A stretch of DNA of 64,000 nt, from NCBI GenBank assembly GCA_937870585.1, contig CALMZE010000007.1:29064-93063 (forward strand), written 5' to 3'. The position numbers were made by a program, and so were the translations under genes. Positions 9,507 through 18,670 of the stretch are shown here, one piece after another. The stretch is from an uncultured Sphingomonadales bacterium (GTDB taxonomy: Bacteria > Pseudomonadota > Alphaproteobacteria > Sphingomonadales > Sphingomonadaceae). The notes below the pieces were generated by a model, which searched no databases, was not told the origin of the DNA, and saw only the letters and a program-made list of their open reading frames with translations. Position 1 is the first letter of the stretch, and each line of letters starts with the position of its first letter.

Positions 9507-10421
9507 ATGCGTCGCCTGCCCTCGCTGGCTGCTGTTGAAGCGTTCGTTCAGGTTGCCCGTCTCGGGTCGATCAAGGCGGCGGCAGAAGAACTGAATCTGT
9601 CTTCCCCTGCGTTGTCCCGCCGGGTGCAGGCGTTGGAACGTTTCATCGGGCGTCCGCTGTTTGAGCGGCGGCACCAGTCCATCGTGCTGAACGAAGATGG
9701 CGAGAAACTCATCCACCTCACCGCGCCGCTGCTTGATTCGCTGACGGACGCCATTGAGGCGCTGACCAGCGCCAATCCCGTGATGCGGTTGCGGCTGGGT
9801 GTGCTGCCGCTATTCGCTTCACAACGGCTGATCCCGGCGCTGCCCTCGCTCCGGGACCGCCATCCATCGCTTCATATCGATGTCGATACCGCGCCCCATG
9901 CCGTCACCCGGCTGGGCGAAGGGCTGGACGCGGCGATTGTGCTGGCGAGCGTGATCGATCCCGCGCTTCATGCAGACCGGCTGGACCAAAACAAGATTTT
10001 CCCCATTGGTGCGCGGCGACTTGTGCAGGGGCCGCACGCCGTCACCGACCCCCTTCAGATCAAGGAAATGACGGTGTTCATCCACCGCGACATGCCAGAC
10101 CTGTTTGCGGACTGGAGCCGCGCCATTGGGCTGGACGGCATCGAGCCGGCCGCCATCGACCATTTCGATTCGGGCCAGTTGATGCTGGAAGCTGCCGCAC
10201 AAGGTCTGGGCGTCGCCTTCATGCACGAAAGCCATTTGCTCGACGCGCATGACGACAGGCTGGTGCGCATGTTCGCCGAAGATGTGGACAGCCCCTATAG
10301 CTACTGGTTCGTCTGCCGCCCGCGTGCGTTGCAGATCAAGCCTGTGCGTCTGTTCCGGGACTGGCTGGTGTCGCTGGATGAGTGGGCCGCGAACGAAGCA
10401 GACCCGCACACGCCGCGATAA
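9507..10421 (+). CDS. LysR family regulator
   Basis: N-terminal HTH LGSIKAAAEELNLSSPALSRRVQALE, GcvA-like. Confidence 0.92.
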   Translation: MRRLPSLAAVEAFVQVARLGSIKAAAEELNLSSPALSRRVQALERFIGRPLFERRHQSIVLNEDGEKLIHLTAPLLDSLTDAIEALTSANPVMRLRLGVLPLFASQRLIPALPSLRDRHPSLHIDVDTAPHAVTRLGEGLDAAIVLASVIDPALHADRLDQNKIFPIGARRLVQGPHAVTDPLQIKEMTVFIHRDMPDLFADWSRAIGLDGIEPAAIDHFDSGQLMLEAAAQGLGVAFMHESHLLDAHDDRLVRMFAEDVDSPYSYWFVCRPRALQIKPVRLFRDWLVSLDEWAANEADPHTPR

Positions 10422-10603
10422 CAAGCAGCCCCATCCAAGCTGTCACGAGCATTTGCGCCAGAGGGAAGTCTGCGATCATCATGCTTCCCCTTCGCACGCC
10501 GCGCCTCACCAGCCCGTCAAGAGCCATGGTTAACGACGCGGCAGCTTGCCGCTCGGCTCAGTCGCGGGCATGATGCCAAAATAACGGGAGGGGAGGACGC
10601 TGA

Positions 10604-11206
10604 ATGGCGCGCGAAAAGTCATGGATGGCCCGGCTGATCAAAGCCGCGATCCTGGCCTGGTTCAAACGCCAGAACTGGCAGGTGGAGGGCACAGCGCCAC
10701 AGCCACGCAAATTTGTCGTCATCGCAGCACCCCACACCAGCAATTGGGATTTCATCCATTTCATCGGGGCCGCAGACGGGCTCAACCTTGATCTGTCATT
10801 CATGGGTAAAGCCAGTCTGTTCCGCTGGCCATGGGGCCGGATGATGCGCGATTTGGGCGGGATTCCGGTTGATCGGCGGCAGGCCAACAACATGGTCGAC
10901 GCCATGGTCGCAGAATTTGCAAAGCGAGACGAATTCATGCTGACCATCGCGCCCGAAGGCACGCGCGGCAAAGTCCGCCAGTGGAAATCCGGATTTTACC
11001 ACATCGCCATGGGTGCAGGCGTGCCGATGGTGTGCGGCATGATGGACTATAGGCGCAAGGTGGTGGGGCTCGGCCCGGCCATCTGGCCCACCGGCGACTA
11101 TGAGGCGGACATGGCTGAAATTGGCCGCTACTACAGCCAATGTACGCCCAAATATCCAGACAAAGGTTATTCCGGCATCCCCGGAGCAGGTCACCAGACC
11201 AGATAA
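10604..11206 (+). CDS. Lysophospholipid acyltransferase (PlsC-like)
   Basis: APHTSNWD (Hx4D) and PEGTR motifs. Confidence 0.9.
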   Translation: MAREKSWMARLIKAAILAWFKRQNWQVEGTAPQPRKFVVIAAPHTSNWDFIHFIGAADGLNLDLSFMGKASLFRWPWGRMMRDLGGIPVDRRQANNMVDAMVAEFAKRDEFMLTIAPEGTRGKVRQWKSGFYHIAMGAGVPMVCGMMDYRRKVVGLGPAIWPTGDYEADMAEIGRYYSQCTPKYPDKGYSGIPGAGHQTR

Positions 11207-11212
11207 GACGAT

Positions 11213-11704
11213 TTACGCCGCGATCGCAGCCCGCACAGGCTCTTCCAACGGGCGAATATCCGCTGCCTGCTTCCAGCACAAATCGGCGAGCGCCAGTTCA
11301 CGCTTGTCATGCGCCATGATTCGGATCGGGCGGATCGGCTGCTCGTCACGCTTGTCGACCAGCACAGGAGTAGACGGAATCCCGCTGCCCCACCGTTCAC
11401 CCCATTGGCGCAGGCCGACCACGACCGGCAGCAATTCAGCGCCCTTTTCAGTCAGGCGATATTCGATCTTGCGTCGATCATCGGCGAGTGGCGTGCGGGT
11501 GAGAATGCCATGTTCCACCAAGCGGCCCAGACGGTTCGCCAGAATGTTGCGGGCAATGCCCAAAGCGGACTGGAACTCTTCGAAATGATGGAGCCCGTTG
11601 AACGCCCCGCGCAGGATCAGGAACGACCAGCGTTCTCCAATCGCTTCCAGAGCGGAAGGCAGGCCGCATTCTCCGGCATCGTCGAACGGTTCTCGCAATC
11701 CCAT
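11213..11704 (-). CDS. HxlR family winged-helix regulator
   Basis: CGLPSALEAIGERWSFLILR...EYRLTEKG. Confidence 0.9.
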   Translation of the reverse strand: MGLREPFDDAGECGLPSALEAIGERWSFLILRGAFNGLHHFEEFQSALGIARNILANRLGRLVEHGILTRTPLADDRRKIEYRLTEKGAELLPVVVGLRQWGERWGSGIPSTPVLVDKRDEQPIRPIRIMAHDKRELALADLCWKQAADIRPLEEPVRAAIAA

Positions 11705-11749
11705 ATCGTCACCTTAGTCAAAAATGGCAGCGCATGAAAATTTTTTTTC

Positions 11750-11800
11750 AGTTGCATCTTGAAACCAATCATATGGGATATTAGGTAGCAATCCGCAACT
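11750..11800. promoter_or_regulatory. Two related 17-bp imperfect palindromes (candidate HxlR operators)
   Basis: AGTTGCA-TCT-TGAAACC (11750-11766) and GGTAGCA-ATC-CGCAACT (11784-11800) in divergent intergenic region. Confidence 0.45.
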
Positions 11801-11822
11801 GATTAAATGAAAGGCCCACACA

Positions 11823-12146
11823 ATGACCCTCCCCCGCATTCTCCCCTTACTGGGTGCCGCAGCACTGTCCTTCCTCACGCTCGCGCCGACCATTCAGCCG
11901 GTCCAGGCCGCTGAAGGCGCACAATATAGCGCGAAGCTGACGACCTCGCTCGAAGGCACTCGCGTCGCCTCCGACACGCTGTGGCGTTGTGCGGGCAGCG
12001 AATGCACCGCCAGCCGCGCCACGGCGCGCCCCGCCATAGTTTGCGCCCATGCCGCGCGCGAGTTCGGCAAGCTTGAAGGCTTTGCCTTCCAGGGCAAGGC
12101 GTTTGATGAAGCCGAAATGACCAAGTGCAACGCCAAGGCCCACTGA
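11823..12146 (+). CDS. Small exported protein (CC_3452-like)
   Basis: Signal peptide; WRCAGSEC...C...G.L..F...G..F...CNAKA pattern. Confidence 0.65.
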   Translation: MTLPRILPLLGAAALSFLTLAPTIQPVQAAEGAQYSAKLTTSLEGTRVASDTLWRCAGSECTASRATARPAIVCAHAAREFGKLEGFAFQGKAFDEAEMTKCNAKAH

Positions 12147-12196
12147 ATCCTGCCATTCAGGCGCGTTGCGTCTTCATCCCCCGCACAGCCTGACGA

Positions 12197-12231
12197 CCGG
12201 CCCTGCGCACACCCCCGGTGCGCGGGGCCGG
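12197..12231. terminator. GC-rich hairpin between convergent genes
   Basis: CCGGCCCTGCGCAC...GTGCGCGGGGCCGG. Confidence 0.5.
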
Positions 12232-12251
12232 ATGCCGTTTGAGGTCAGCGT

Positions 12252-12629
12252 TTAATGGTGGTGAACACGCTTCAACTGATATTGCCCATCGGCAAAATCG
12301 TCGAACATGGTGGCAATGGCGGGATGGTCCACCGGGCCACCGTCTTCATCGGCCACCAGATTTTGCTGGCTGACATAAGCGATATAGCTGCTGTCCGCAT
12401 TTTCGGCGAGCAGATGATAGAAAGGCTGATCCTTTGCCGGGCGTACATGTTCCGGGATAGAGTCATACCATTCGTCACTATTTGCAAATACGGGATCAAT
12501 ATCGAACACCACGCCGCGGAAATCGAAAATCCGGTGCCGCACCACAGCGCCCACGCCAAAGCGAGCCCGCGCTACTGGAGGAGCATTGAGCGGCTGAGGC
12601 CGACCGAGCGGATGGAGAACATGCGTCAT
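12252..12629 (-). CDS. hspQ: Heat shock protein HspQ
   Basis: ARFGVGAVVRHRIFDFRGVVFDIDP...QPFYHLLAEN...YVSQQNL. Confidence 0.9.
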   Translation of the reverse strand: MTHVLHPLGRPQPLNAPPVARARFGVGAVVRHRIFDFRGVVFDIDPVFANSDEWYDSIPEHVRPAKDQPFYHLLAENADSSYIAYVSQQNLVADEDGGPVDHPAIATMFDDFADGQYQLKRVHHH

Positions 12630-12771
12630 ACCCCTGAATCTAGGGTGCGATGCGTCGGAACGCAAGCAGCGCACCAATCGATTAAACCGGGCTTGGCAAG
12701 TCGCCCACATTGCTCTAAGCGCGCGCAACTACACCAGCACGGCGAACCCCTGTTCGCTGACCTGCTCATGC

Positions 12772-12861
<90 letters not shown>

Positions 12862-12949
12862 AAAGCCTAATATATTTGGACTTTGAGGTAATGTGGTTGA
12901 CCCACCAACCACTTGGGCCGCGGCAGGAGCCTTTTAGCGATGCGCGGAC

Positions 12950-13135
12950 ATGTTATTTGACTCGCGCAAGATTTCGACAGAAGACCGAAGAACCCGGCGC
13001 TTCTCTCAGTGGAGCGCCTCATTAGCAAGCTCAAGAGCTGGCGCAGGGTCGCTATTCGATATGACAAACCACAGAAACTATCTCGGTTTGGTCGCAAGCG
13101 CTTCAATCAAACTGTGGGCATCTCTTGCCCATGCC
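12950..13135 (+). pseudogene. IS5-family transposase C-terminal relic (frameshifted)
   Basis: VERLISKLKSWRRVAIRYDK in one frame continuing as NYLGLVASASIKLW in another, matching the IS5 C-terminal RYDK...NYL..V..A.I.LW pattern. Confidence 0.8.
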
Positions 13136-13148
13136 GCCCAATCGCAAG

Positions 13149-14273
13149 TCAGCCGGCAGGTCGGCCGCTGCCGGCGAGCACCAGTACCGGTTTGATCGAA
13201 CTTCCATCTTCAGAGGCGTGGGCCGCTTCGTTGATCTGATCGAAGGGGAAGGTCTTGATCAGCCGTTCGAACGGGAATTTTCCGGCCTTGTGCCAATCGA
13301 GCATCTGAGGGATGAAGCTTTGCGGATCGGCATCACCTTCGGTGATGAACTTGGCCGAAACACCGCGCACAAGGCCAGACATCAGGCTGGCGGGCATCAT
13401 CGCTTCGGGCGGCGGCACGGCGACCATGCCGAGGATACCGTGCGGACCGAGCGCTTCAAACGCAGTCCCAATGACAGCGGGGATGCCGGTTGTATCAAAC
13501 GCGCAATTGACACCGCCGCCGGAGAGTTCCTTGACCGCTGCGAGCACATCTTCGGTCTCGCGCGGGTTGACGACATGCGTTGCCCCCAGTTCGAGCGCCA
13601 GCTTGCCACGCTCTGCATTGGGCTCAACCACAATCACCGTCCCGGCCCCGACCGCGCGTGCGGCAAGCAGTCCGGACAGGCCGACCGCGCCACCACCAAA
13701 AATGGCAAGCGACTGACCCGGCTTGAGGCCAAGCGAGAGCACGACCGCACCTGCCCCGGTCTGGATGCCGCAGCCCAGTGGCCCGAGGATTTCAAGCGGC
13801 AGGCTCTTGTCCACCTTCACCGTGTTGCGGACGTTGGCGATAGCGACGCTCGCAAATGAGGATTGGCCAAAGAAATTGCCATGCACCACCGCATCGCCCT
13901 GGCTGAGCGGCGAAGTGCCGTCTTCAAGACGCACGCCTGCAAAGTTGAGCCCCATGAAATTATGACAGTAAGCGGGCTCGTCATCCCCACAGGTCGGGCA
14001 GGCGCCGCACGAGGTAAAGCTGAGCACGACATGATCGCCGATCTCCAGCCCTTCCACATCTGGCCCCAATGCTTCGACGACGCCAGAGCCTTCATGCCCC
14101 AGCACGATTGGCATCGGCACGGGGAAGCCATCGCGCGCCACCAGATCGGTGTGGCACATGCCAACGCCAACAATGCGAACGCGCACTTCGTTGCCGCGCG
14201 GTTCGGCAACGTCTACCTCTTCCAGACAGAATTTCCCGCCGACTTCGCGGACCAGAGCAGCGGTTGCTTTCAT
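13149..14273 (-). CDS. Zn-dependent aryl-alcohol dehydrogenase (XylB-like)
   Basis: GMCHTD, GHEGSGVV, CGACPTC, GCGIQTGAG, GGGAVG motifs. Confidence 0.9.
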   Translation of the reverse strand: MKATAALVREVGGKFCLEEVDVAEPRGNEVRVRIVGVGMCHTDLVARDGFPVPMPIVLGHEGSGVVEALGPDVEGLEIGDHVVLSFTSCGACPTCGDDEPAYCHNFMGLNFAGVRLEDGTSPLSQGDAVVHGNFFGQSSFASVAIANVRNTVKVDKSLPLEILGPLGCGIQTGAGAVVLSLGLKPGQSLAIFGGGAVGLSGLLAARAVGAGTVIVVEPNAERGKLALELGATHVVNPRETEDVLAAVKELSGGGVNCAFDTTGIPAVIGTAFEALGPHGILGMVAVPPPEAMMPASLMSGLVRGVSAKFITEGDADPQSFIPQMLDWHKAGKFPFERLIKTFPFDQINEAAHASEDGSSIKPVLVLAGSGRPAG

Positions 14274-14283
14274 GGTGTTTCTC

Positions 14284-15252
14284 CTAAGTTCGGGTGCGGA
14301 TCGCGTTGCGGTTGCGACCGAGATAGGCGCGGCTCAGACCAAGTTGCTGAACGCCATGGCCATGGAGCCCGCCGCAGGTCACACGCAGCGAGGCTTGCAG
14401 ATAGGTGTTGGACGGGCACGGTGCCCAGTAACAGCCATTGACCGTCGAAAAGCTGACATCGAAGCTCTTGCCGCGCACATCGGTCACGCTCAGCACGCCG
14501 CCCATCGGCATGGCCTTGCGATACTCTTGTGTGCCCGAAGATGCGGTGATGCCGTAAATCTCCCCGTCTTCCAGCACATAGCCGCTGATGTGCGGTCCCA
14601 TCGCGTTGGTCTGCGCCAGATCATGGCCGGTGAAGAGGTGGATCGTCAGCGCCTCGCCAAAGCTGGCGTGCCACCAGATGACGGCCCCATTGTCCCGCTC
14701 CGGACGCGGGCCCCAGCTGCGATCTCCGGTTTCGACACAATCGACTCTGTGCCGCACGCCACGCGCGATCAGTTCTCCGGTGATGTGGTAGGTCTGCTCA
14801 TAGTGGCCGGACCAGCTTGAATCCCAGGCCGGGCCGATCCTCGCGGCTGCCGTGGGGTCCATTTCAGGATCGTTGATGTCATAGGGGGCGTGCAAGGCTC
14901 GATAGGTGAGATCGAAACTGGTCTCGTCTATCCCCTCATAACGCATCCTGTAGAGCTTCAATGGCTCCAAAGCCTCGAACGACAGTCCGTTGGGCAGTGC
15001 GAATTTGGTCAGCGTCTCGGGACAGGGCAGATGCTGCATATTGTCGACGTAGAGCTGCTCTTCCCACAGATCGGTGATACGGTCGATCAGCGTGATGTCG
15101 CACATGGCAACGCCCAGTTTGGGGCGGGTGACGAGGTAGACGACCGCGTTGATATTCGCTTCCGGCACAACGAAGGGCAGCGCCAGCGTCTCCGCCCAAT
15201 TATAGGGGGAGTCGTCTGTGAAATGGAAATCGAAATCCTCCGGGCGGATCAC
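14284..15252 (-). CDS. Hypothetical protein, AttH/CrtC/tocopherol-cyclase-like fold (inferred)
   Basis: GHYEQ...GDRSWGPR motif; similar pattern to 16870..17814. Confidence 0.6.
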   Translation of the reverse strand: MIRPEDFDFHFTDDSPYNWAETLALPFVVPEANINAVVYLVTRPKLGVAMCDITLIDRITDLWEEQLYVDNMQHLPCPETLTKFALPNGLSFEALEPLKLYRMRYEGIDETSFDLTYRALHAPYDINDPEMDPTAAARIGPAWDSSWSGHYEQTYHITGELIARGVRHRVDCVETGDRSWGPRPERDNGAVIWWHASFGEALTIHLFTGHDLAQTNAMGPHISGYVLEDGEIYGITASSGTQEYRKAMPMGGVLSVTDVRGKSFDVSFSTVNGCYWAPCPSNTYLQASLRVTCGGLHGHGVQQLGLSRAYLGRNRNAIRTRT

Positions 15253-15731
15253 GCGGCAGGCTCCATCGTGTCAAAGCCGAAGGGCAGGAACCAACGGCGA
15301 TCCTTCTCCACGCGCGCGGCTTCATGGGCGAGGATGAGGGCCGAGAGCGCCGCCTTCGCCCCCTCTGCGCCATCAGCCGAAACGGCCCGCACCAGCGCAT
15401 CGACGGCTTTGTTGATGACCGAGGTCTGACCGCGCACATCGCTGCCGTCTGCACCTTGGGCGGCTGCGCTCAAATCGCGGATAGCGGCACTGGTTGTGGC
15501 CCCGCCAGAGACTCCAGCGGTCAGCGCTTTTGCAATGGCGACCGCATCCGCCAGTTCTTCACGCTCAAAGGCCGGCACGGCATCCAGCTGCGCACGCAGG
15601 ATTTGCAGATGGCCGATAGAAAGCTGCACCTGCTCTTGCGCCAGCGTGGCTTCGGGCGGCAAATGCGGCAGGATCACTTCGGTCAGCGAGCGGACAATAC
15701 TGGCCAGGCGTTCGTCAACGGTCGGTGTCAT
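15249..15731 (-). CDS. Small helical hypothetical protein coupled to APH kinase
   Basis: 160 aa, 4-nt overlaps with both neighbours. Confidence 0.7.
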   Translation of the reverse strand: MTPTVDERLASIVRSLTEVILPHLPPEATLAQEQVQLSIGHLQILRAQLDAVPAFEREELADAVAIAKALTAGVSGGATTSAAIRDLSAAAQGADGSDVRGQTSVINKAVDALVRAVSADGAEGAKAALSALILAHEAARVEKDRRWFLPFGFDTMEPAA

Positions 15732-16858
15732 TGCACCTCTCCCATGCTGAGCAGGCGGACAAGATCGTGCGAAAACATCGGGGACGTCGCACCAAGGAAG
15801 GTGAGCAGCACATCCTGATGGTTATGCTGGGATCGCGCGGCGGCAAGGCCGTTGGCGGCAACGATGATGTTGCACTTCCAACTGCTCATCACATCGTAAT
15901 AATGCAGCGTCTGGCGGTTCACGCTGCGGCCAGAGCGCGTCTCATATGCGGTGATGAACTCTTCGCGCTCGAACAGGTCAGAGGCGCGGCGCGTGCCATC
16001 GGGATCGACCGTGCCAAACACCTGCATCAGCACCCAGCCCAAATCCTCATGGAAATCACCGATCCGCGCCAATTCCCAATCGAGCAATGCGGTGATCTTT
16101 CCCGTATCCTCTTCGAACAGATAGTTGCCCGTGCGATAATCGCCGTGCGTCACCACCAATTCGGCAGTGTCTGGCATATTGTCCGCCAGCCATTGCGTCG
16201 CGAGCGACATCACGGGGCGGTCCGTGCCCTCATCAATCCCCCACATCTCCAGCCAGTAATTATAAGACCAGCGCGCCGCCTGCTTGGGGTCGGCATCAGG
16301 CACTTCATAGCCGGGCAGCGGCTTTGCCCGCCAATCATAGGCATGGATTTTGACAAGATAATCGAGGAACTGATCGCGCAGTTTGGCGCGCAAATCCGGT
16401 CCGAGCCAGGTGCCAAGGCCGGAAACCTTCACGCCTGCGTCGCTGGGCTTGGTGACGCCGCTCACCACGCGCATGATCGCGGCAGGCTGCGGGAAATATT
16501 CGGCCTCATTATCGACCCAAACGGGTTCCGGCACGGGCACAACGCCCTGCATCGCGTCGATCAGGACAAATTCCCGCGCGCGGTCGGTCTCGGTGATCGC
16601 CGAGCGCGGGTCCATGCGCAGCAGAAAAGGCTCATCCTTCCCGTCTTGCGACAGGGTGAAGAAGAACTGCTCCTTCGACGCCCCGCCCCCTACGCGCCGC
16701 ACGCCCGACACGCTGGCACTGGGACGCTGCACCTTGAAATAATTGGAGAGAATCTCCGTCACTTCCGGGATGAGCGCGGCGCGATAGGGCGGCAGGCTCC
16801 GCCCGGCGCGGCGGCGCTCCAATATCTTGCGGTTGACCGATTCCATATCGTTCAGCAT
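15728..16858 (-). CDS. APH/choline-kinase family phosphotransferase
   Basis: GGASKEQF, HGDYRTGN, LLDWELARIGD motifs; SD GAGGAGAGG before ATG 16858. Confidence 0.88.
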   Translation of the reverse strand: MLNDMESVNRKILERRRAGRSLPPYRAALIPEVTEILSNYFKVQRPSASVSGVRRVGGGASKEQFFFTLSQDGKDEPFLLRMDPRSAITETDRAREFVLIDAMQGVVPVPEPVWVDNEAEYFPQPAAIMRVVSGVTKPSDAGVKVSGLGTWLGPDLRAKLRDQFLDYLVKIHAYDWRAKPLPGYEVPDADPKQAARWSYNYWLEMWGIDEGTDRPVMSLATQWLADNMPDTAELVVTHGDYRTGNYLFEEDTGKITALLDWELARIGDFHEDLGWVLMQVFGTVDPDGTRRASDLFEREEFITAYETRSGRSVNRQTLHYYDVMSSWKCNIIVAANGLAAARSQHNHQDVLLTFLGATSPMFSHDLVRLLSMGEVQ

Positions 16859-16869
16859 CGCGCCTCTCC

Positions 16870-17814
16870 TCAATAGGGGCCGTTCGCGCGGATGTGCGCG
16901 AGGTAGCTGGTCGGCCAGGCGCACTCCATCCAGCCCACGCCAGATTTGCCGTCGATGATTGCGCTGCCACCACTTTCATTGAGGCTGAGCTCGGGATGCG
17001 GAATCAGCGTGTAACAGCCGAACACCTGCGTCTCGACGCGGGTGACGCGCCCGGCGGCGTCCATAATGTCGGCGGTGTAGCCGGTCTGCCAATATTGATC
17101 GTCATAGGTGACATCGACCTTGACCGTATCGACGCGCGACATCAGCCCATCCTTGAACACATAGCCGCGGATATGCTCCTTCCCGAGCGCATTGAAGCGC
17201 CAGAAGTGGACCGAAGTCTCAGTGCCGACCTGCCCTACAAACCATTCATATTGCTGGAACGGAATCCAGTCGCGCGTGCCCCAACTGTGATCGCGGTGGC
17301 CGGTGCCTTCAAAGGCGATGGTCTTGTCGCCAAGGCGCAGCGTACCAGTTACCTTTCCGGCCTGCTCAATGCGGTCGGTCGCGCAATAGGCCGGGCAGCC
17401 GCGTGGGTCGTTGCCGTAGGAGTAAGGCGGGTGATAGGCTTCGAACGTGAAATCGACGGTCGCTTCGGGCGTTTCCCAACGCAGATGCGCATGATCGAAC
17501 TTCAGATCCTGCTTCATGCTGAAGCCTTCGATCTGCCAGTTGTCAAACCCCATATCCGCTGGAACGGGCCGGTCAGCAAGGCGCTGCTGGATCGGCGCGT
17601 CTCCCACGCCGGGGCCAAACACGGCAAGCGCCGCCCCGGCCTCTCCGGTTGCCGAAACCCAAGTGTAGGTGAAAAACGCGATCTGGTGTTCGGGCAGAAC
17701 CACAATGTAGGGGATCGACTCCCGGCCCATAGCCACCTTGGGCAAAACGTGCCGCCCGTCATGCACGGGATCGACAGCCATTTCGGGTTCAGCGAGCACA
17801 GAGTTGCTATACAT
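16870..17814 (-). CDS. Hypothetical protein, AttH/CrtC/tocopherol-cyclase-like fold (inferred)
   Basis: RIEQAG.VTGTLRLG...GHRDHSWGTRDW motif; SD GAGGAGAG. Confidence 0.65.
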   Translation of the reverse strand: MYSNSVLAEPEMAVDPVHDGRHVLPKVAMGRESIPYIVVLPEHQIAFFTYTWVSATGEAGAALAVFGPGVGDAPIQQRLADRPVPADMGFDNWQIEGFSMKQDLKFDHAHLRWETPEATVDFTFEAYHPPYSYGNDPRGCPAYCATDRIEQAGKVTGTLRLGDKTIAFEGTGHRDHSWGTRDWIPFQQYEWFVGQVGTETSVHFWRFNALGKEHIRGYVFKDGLMSRVDTVKVDVTYDDQYWQTGYTADIMDAAGRVTRVETQVFGCYTLIPHPELSLNESGGSAIIDGKSGVGWMECAWPTSYLAHIRANGPY

Positions 17815-17825
17815 GATCTCTCTCC

Positions 17826-18077
17826 TCAAGCGGCCCAATAGCCGCCGATGATGATGGTGGTGACAAGCGCCAGCCAGACGCTGACGACGATGCGGAACGG
17901 CCTTGGTTGCCATTTCAGTTCCATGAAATGACCGACGACCAGATTGATCTTGAACGCGGCAATCAGGATGACGGCAGTCGCGCCAACCTTCGCGGACACC
18001 GCGTCACCCTTCAGGAACCAGCTGAGCAGCGTGGCTGTGACGAGGATGGCCCATATGTGAATGGCGCGCAGGTGCAT
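17826..18077 (-). CDS. Cytochrome c oxidase subunit IV-like small membrane protein
   Basis: 83 aa, three TMs, AAFKINLVVGHFMELK; TGATG overlap with upstream gene. Confidence 0.7.
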   Translation of the reverse strand: MHLRAIHIWAILVTATLLSWFLKGDAVSAKVGATAVILIAAFKINLVVGHFMELKWQPRPFRIVVSVWLALVTTIIIGGYWAA

Positions 18078-18670
18078 CACCCGGCCCTCAGCAGATAGAG
18101 CAGCGGGAAGAGCATGATCCACAGCAGATCAACCATGTGCCAATAGCAGCCGACAGATTCGATCCATGTCACGAACTTCGCATCCAGCAGATCGCGCCGA
18201 GCCTTCGCCACCATCATCAGCAACGCGCCGATACCGATGATGAAGTGCAGAAAATGGATGCCGGTAAACGCGAAATAGTAAGTGTAGAATTCGTTGGTGG
18301 TGAGCCCAATTCCCGCAGCGCCCTTGGCCTTGTATTCCATGATTTTGGTGACCGCGAAGCCCAGACCGATCAGGATGGTGAGCGCGAGATTGCGCTGCAC
18401 CGCGCCACGCTCTCCGGCCCGCGCCGCCTCAACCGCTTTCACCATGAACAGGCTGCTGGTGAGCAGGATAAGCGTGTTGAGCAGACCCAGCGTCGCATCG
18501 AGATGCTGACGCGACGCCTCGAACAGATCGGGCGACGCCATCCTTCCCGCCGTGAAGACAAGGAAGAACATGGCGAAAGCGCCCATATCTGCAATGATGA
18601 AGGTCCAGACGCCGGAATCGCCGGGCAGATGATGCGCCTGCCCGGATATCCCCCCCTTAAGCTGCGGCAT
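18077..18670 (-). CDS. Cytochrome c oxidase subunit III/NorE-like membrane protein
   Basis: NTLILLTSS, FYTYYFAFTGIHFLH, YWHMVDLLWIMLFPLLYL subunit III motifs. Confidence 0.85.
   Translation of the reverse strand: MPQLKGGISGQAHHLPGDSGVWTFIIADMGAFAMFFLVFTAGRMASPDLFEASRQHLDATLGLLNTLILLTSSLFMVKAVEAARAGERGAVQRNLALTILIGLGFAVTKIMEYKAKGAAGIGLTTNEFYTYYFAFTGIHFLHFIIGIGALLMMVAKARRDLLDAKFVTWIESVGCYWHMVDLLWIMLFPLLYLLRAG

Noticed and set aside
7881-9716. 611-aa minus-strand ORF across P450, sRNA and LysR
   Set aside because: Antisense shadow of well-supported genes; no motifs; typical of high-GC DNA.
17826-18670. Reading CoxIII/CoxIV-like genes as a respiratory oxidase or nitric-oxide reductase operon
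   Set aside because: No subunit I/II, norCB or assembly genes in the window; the genes are embedded in a catabolic operon.
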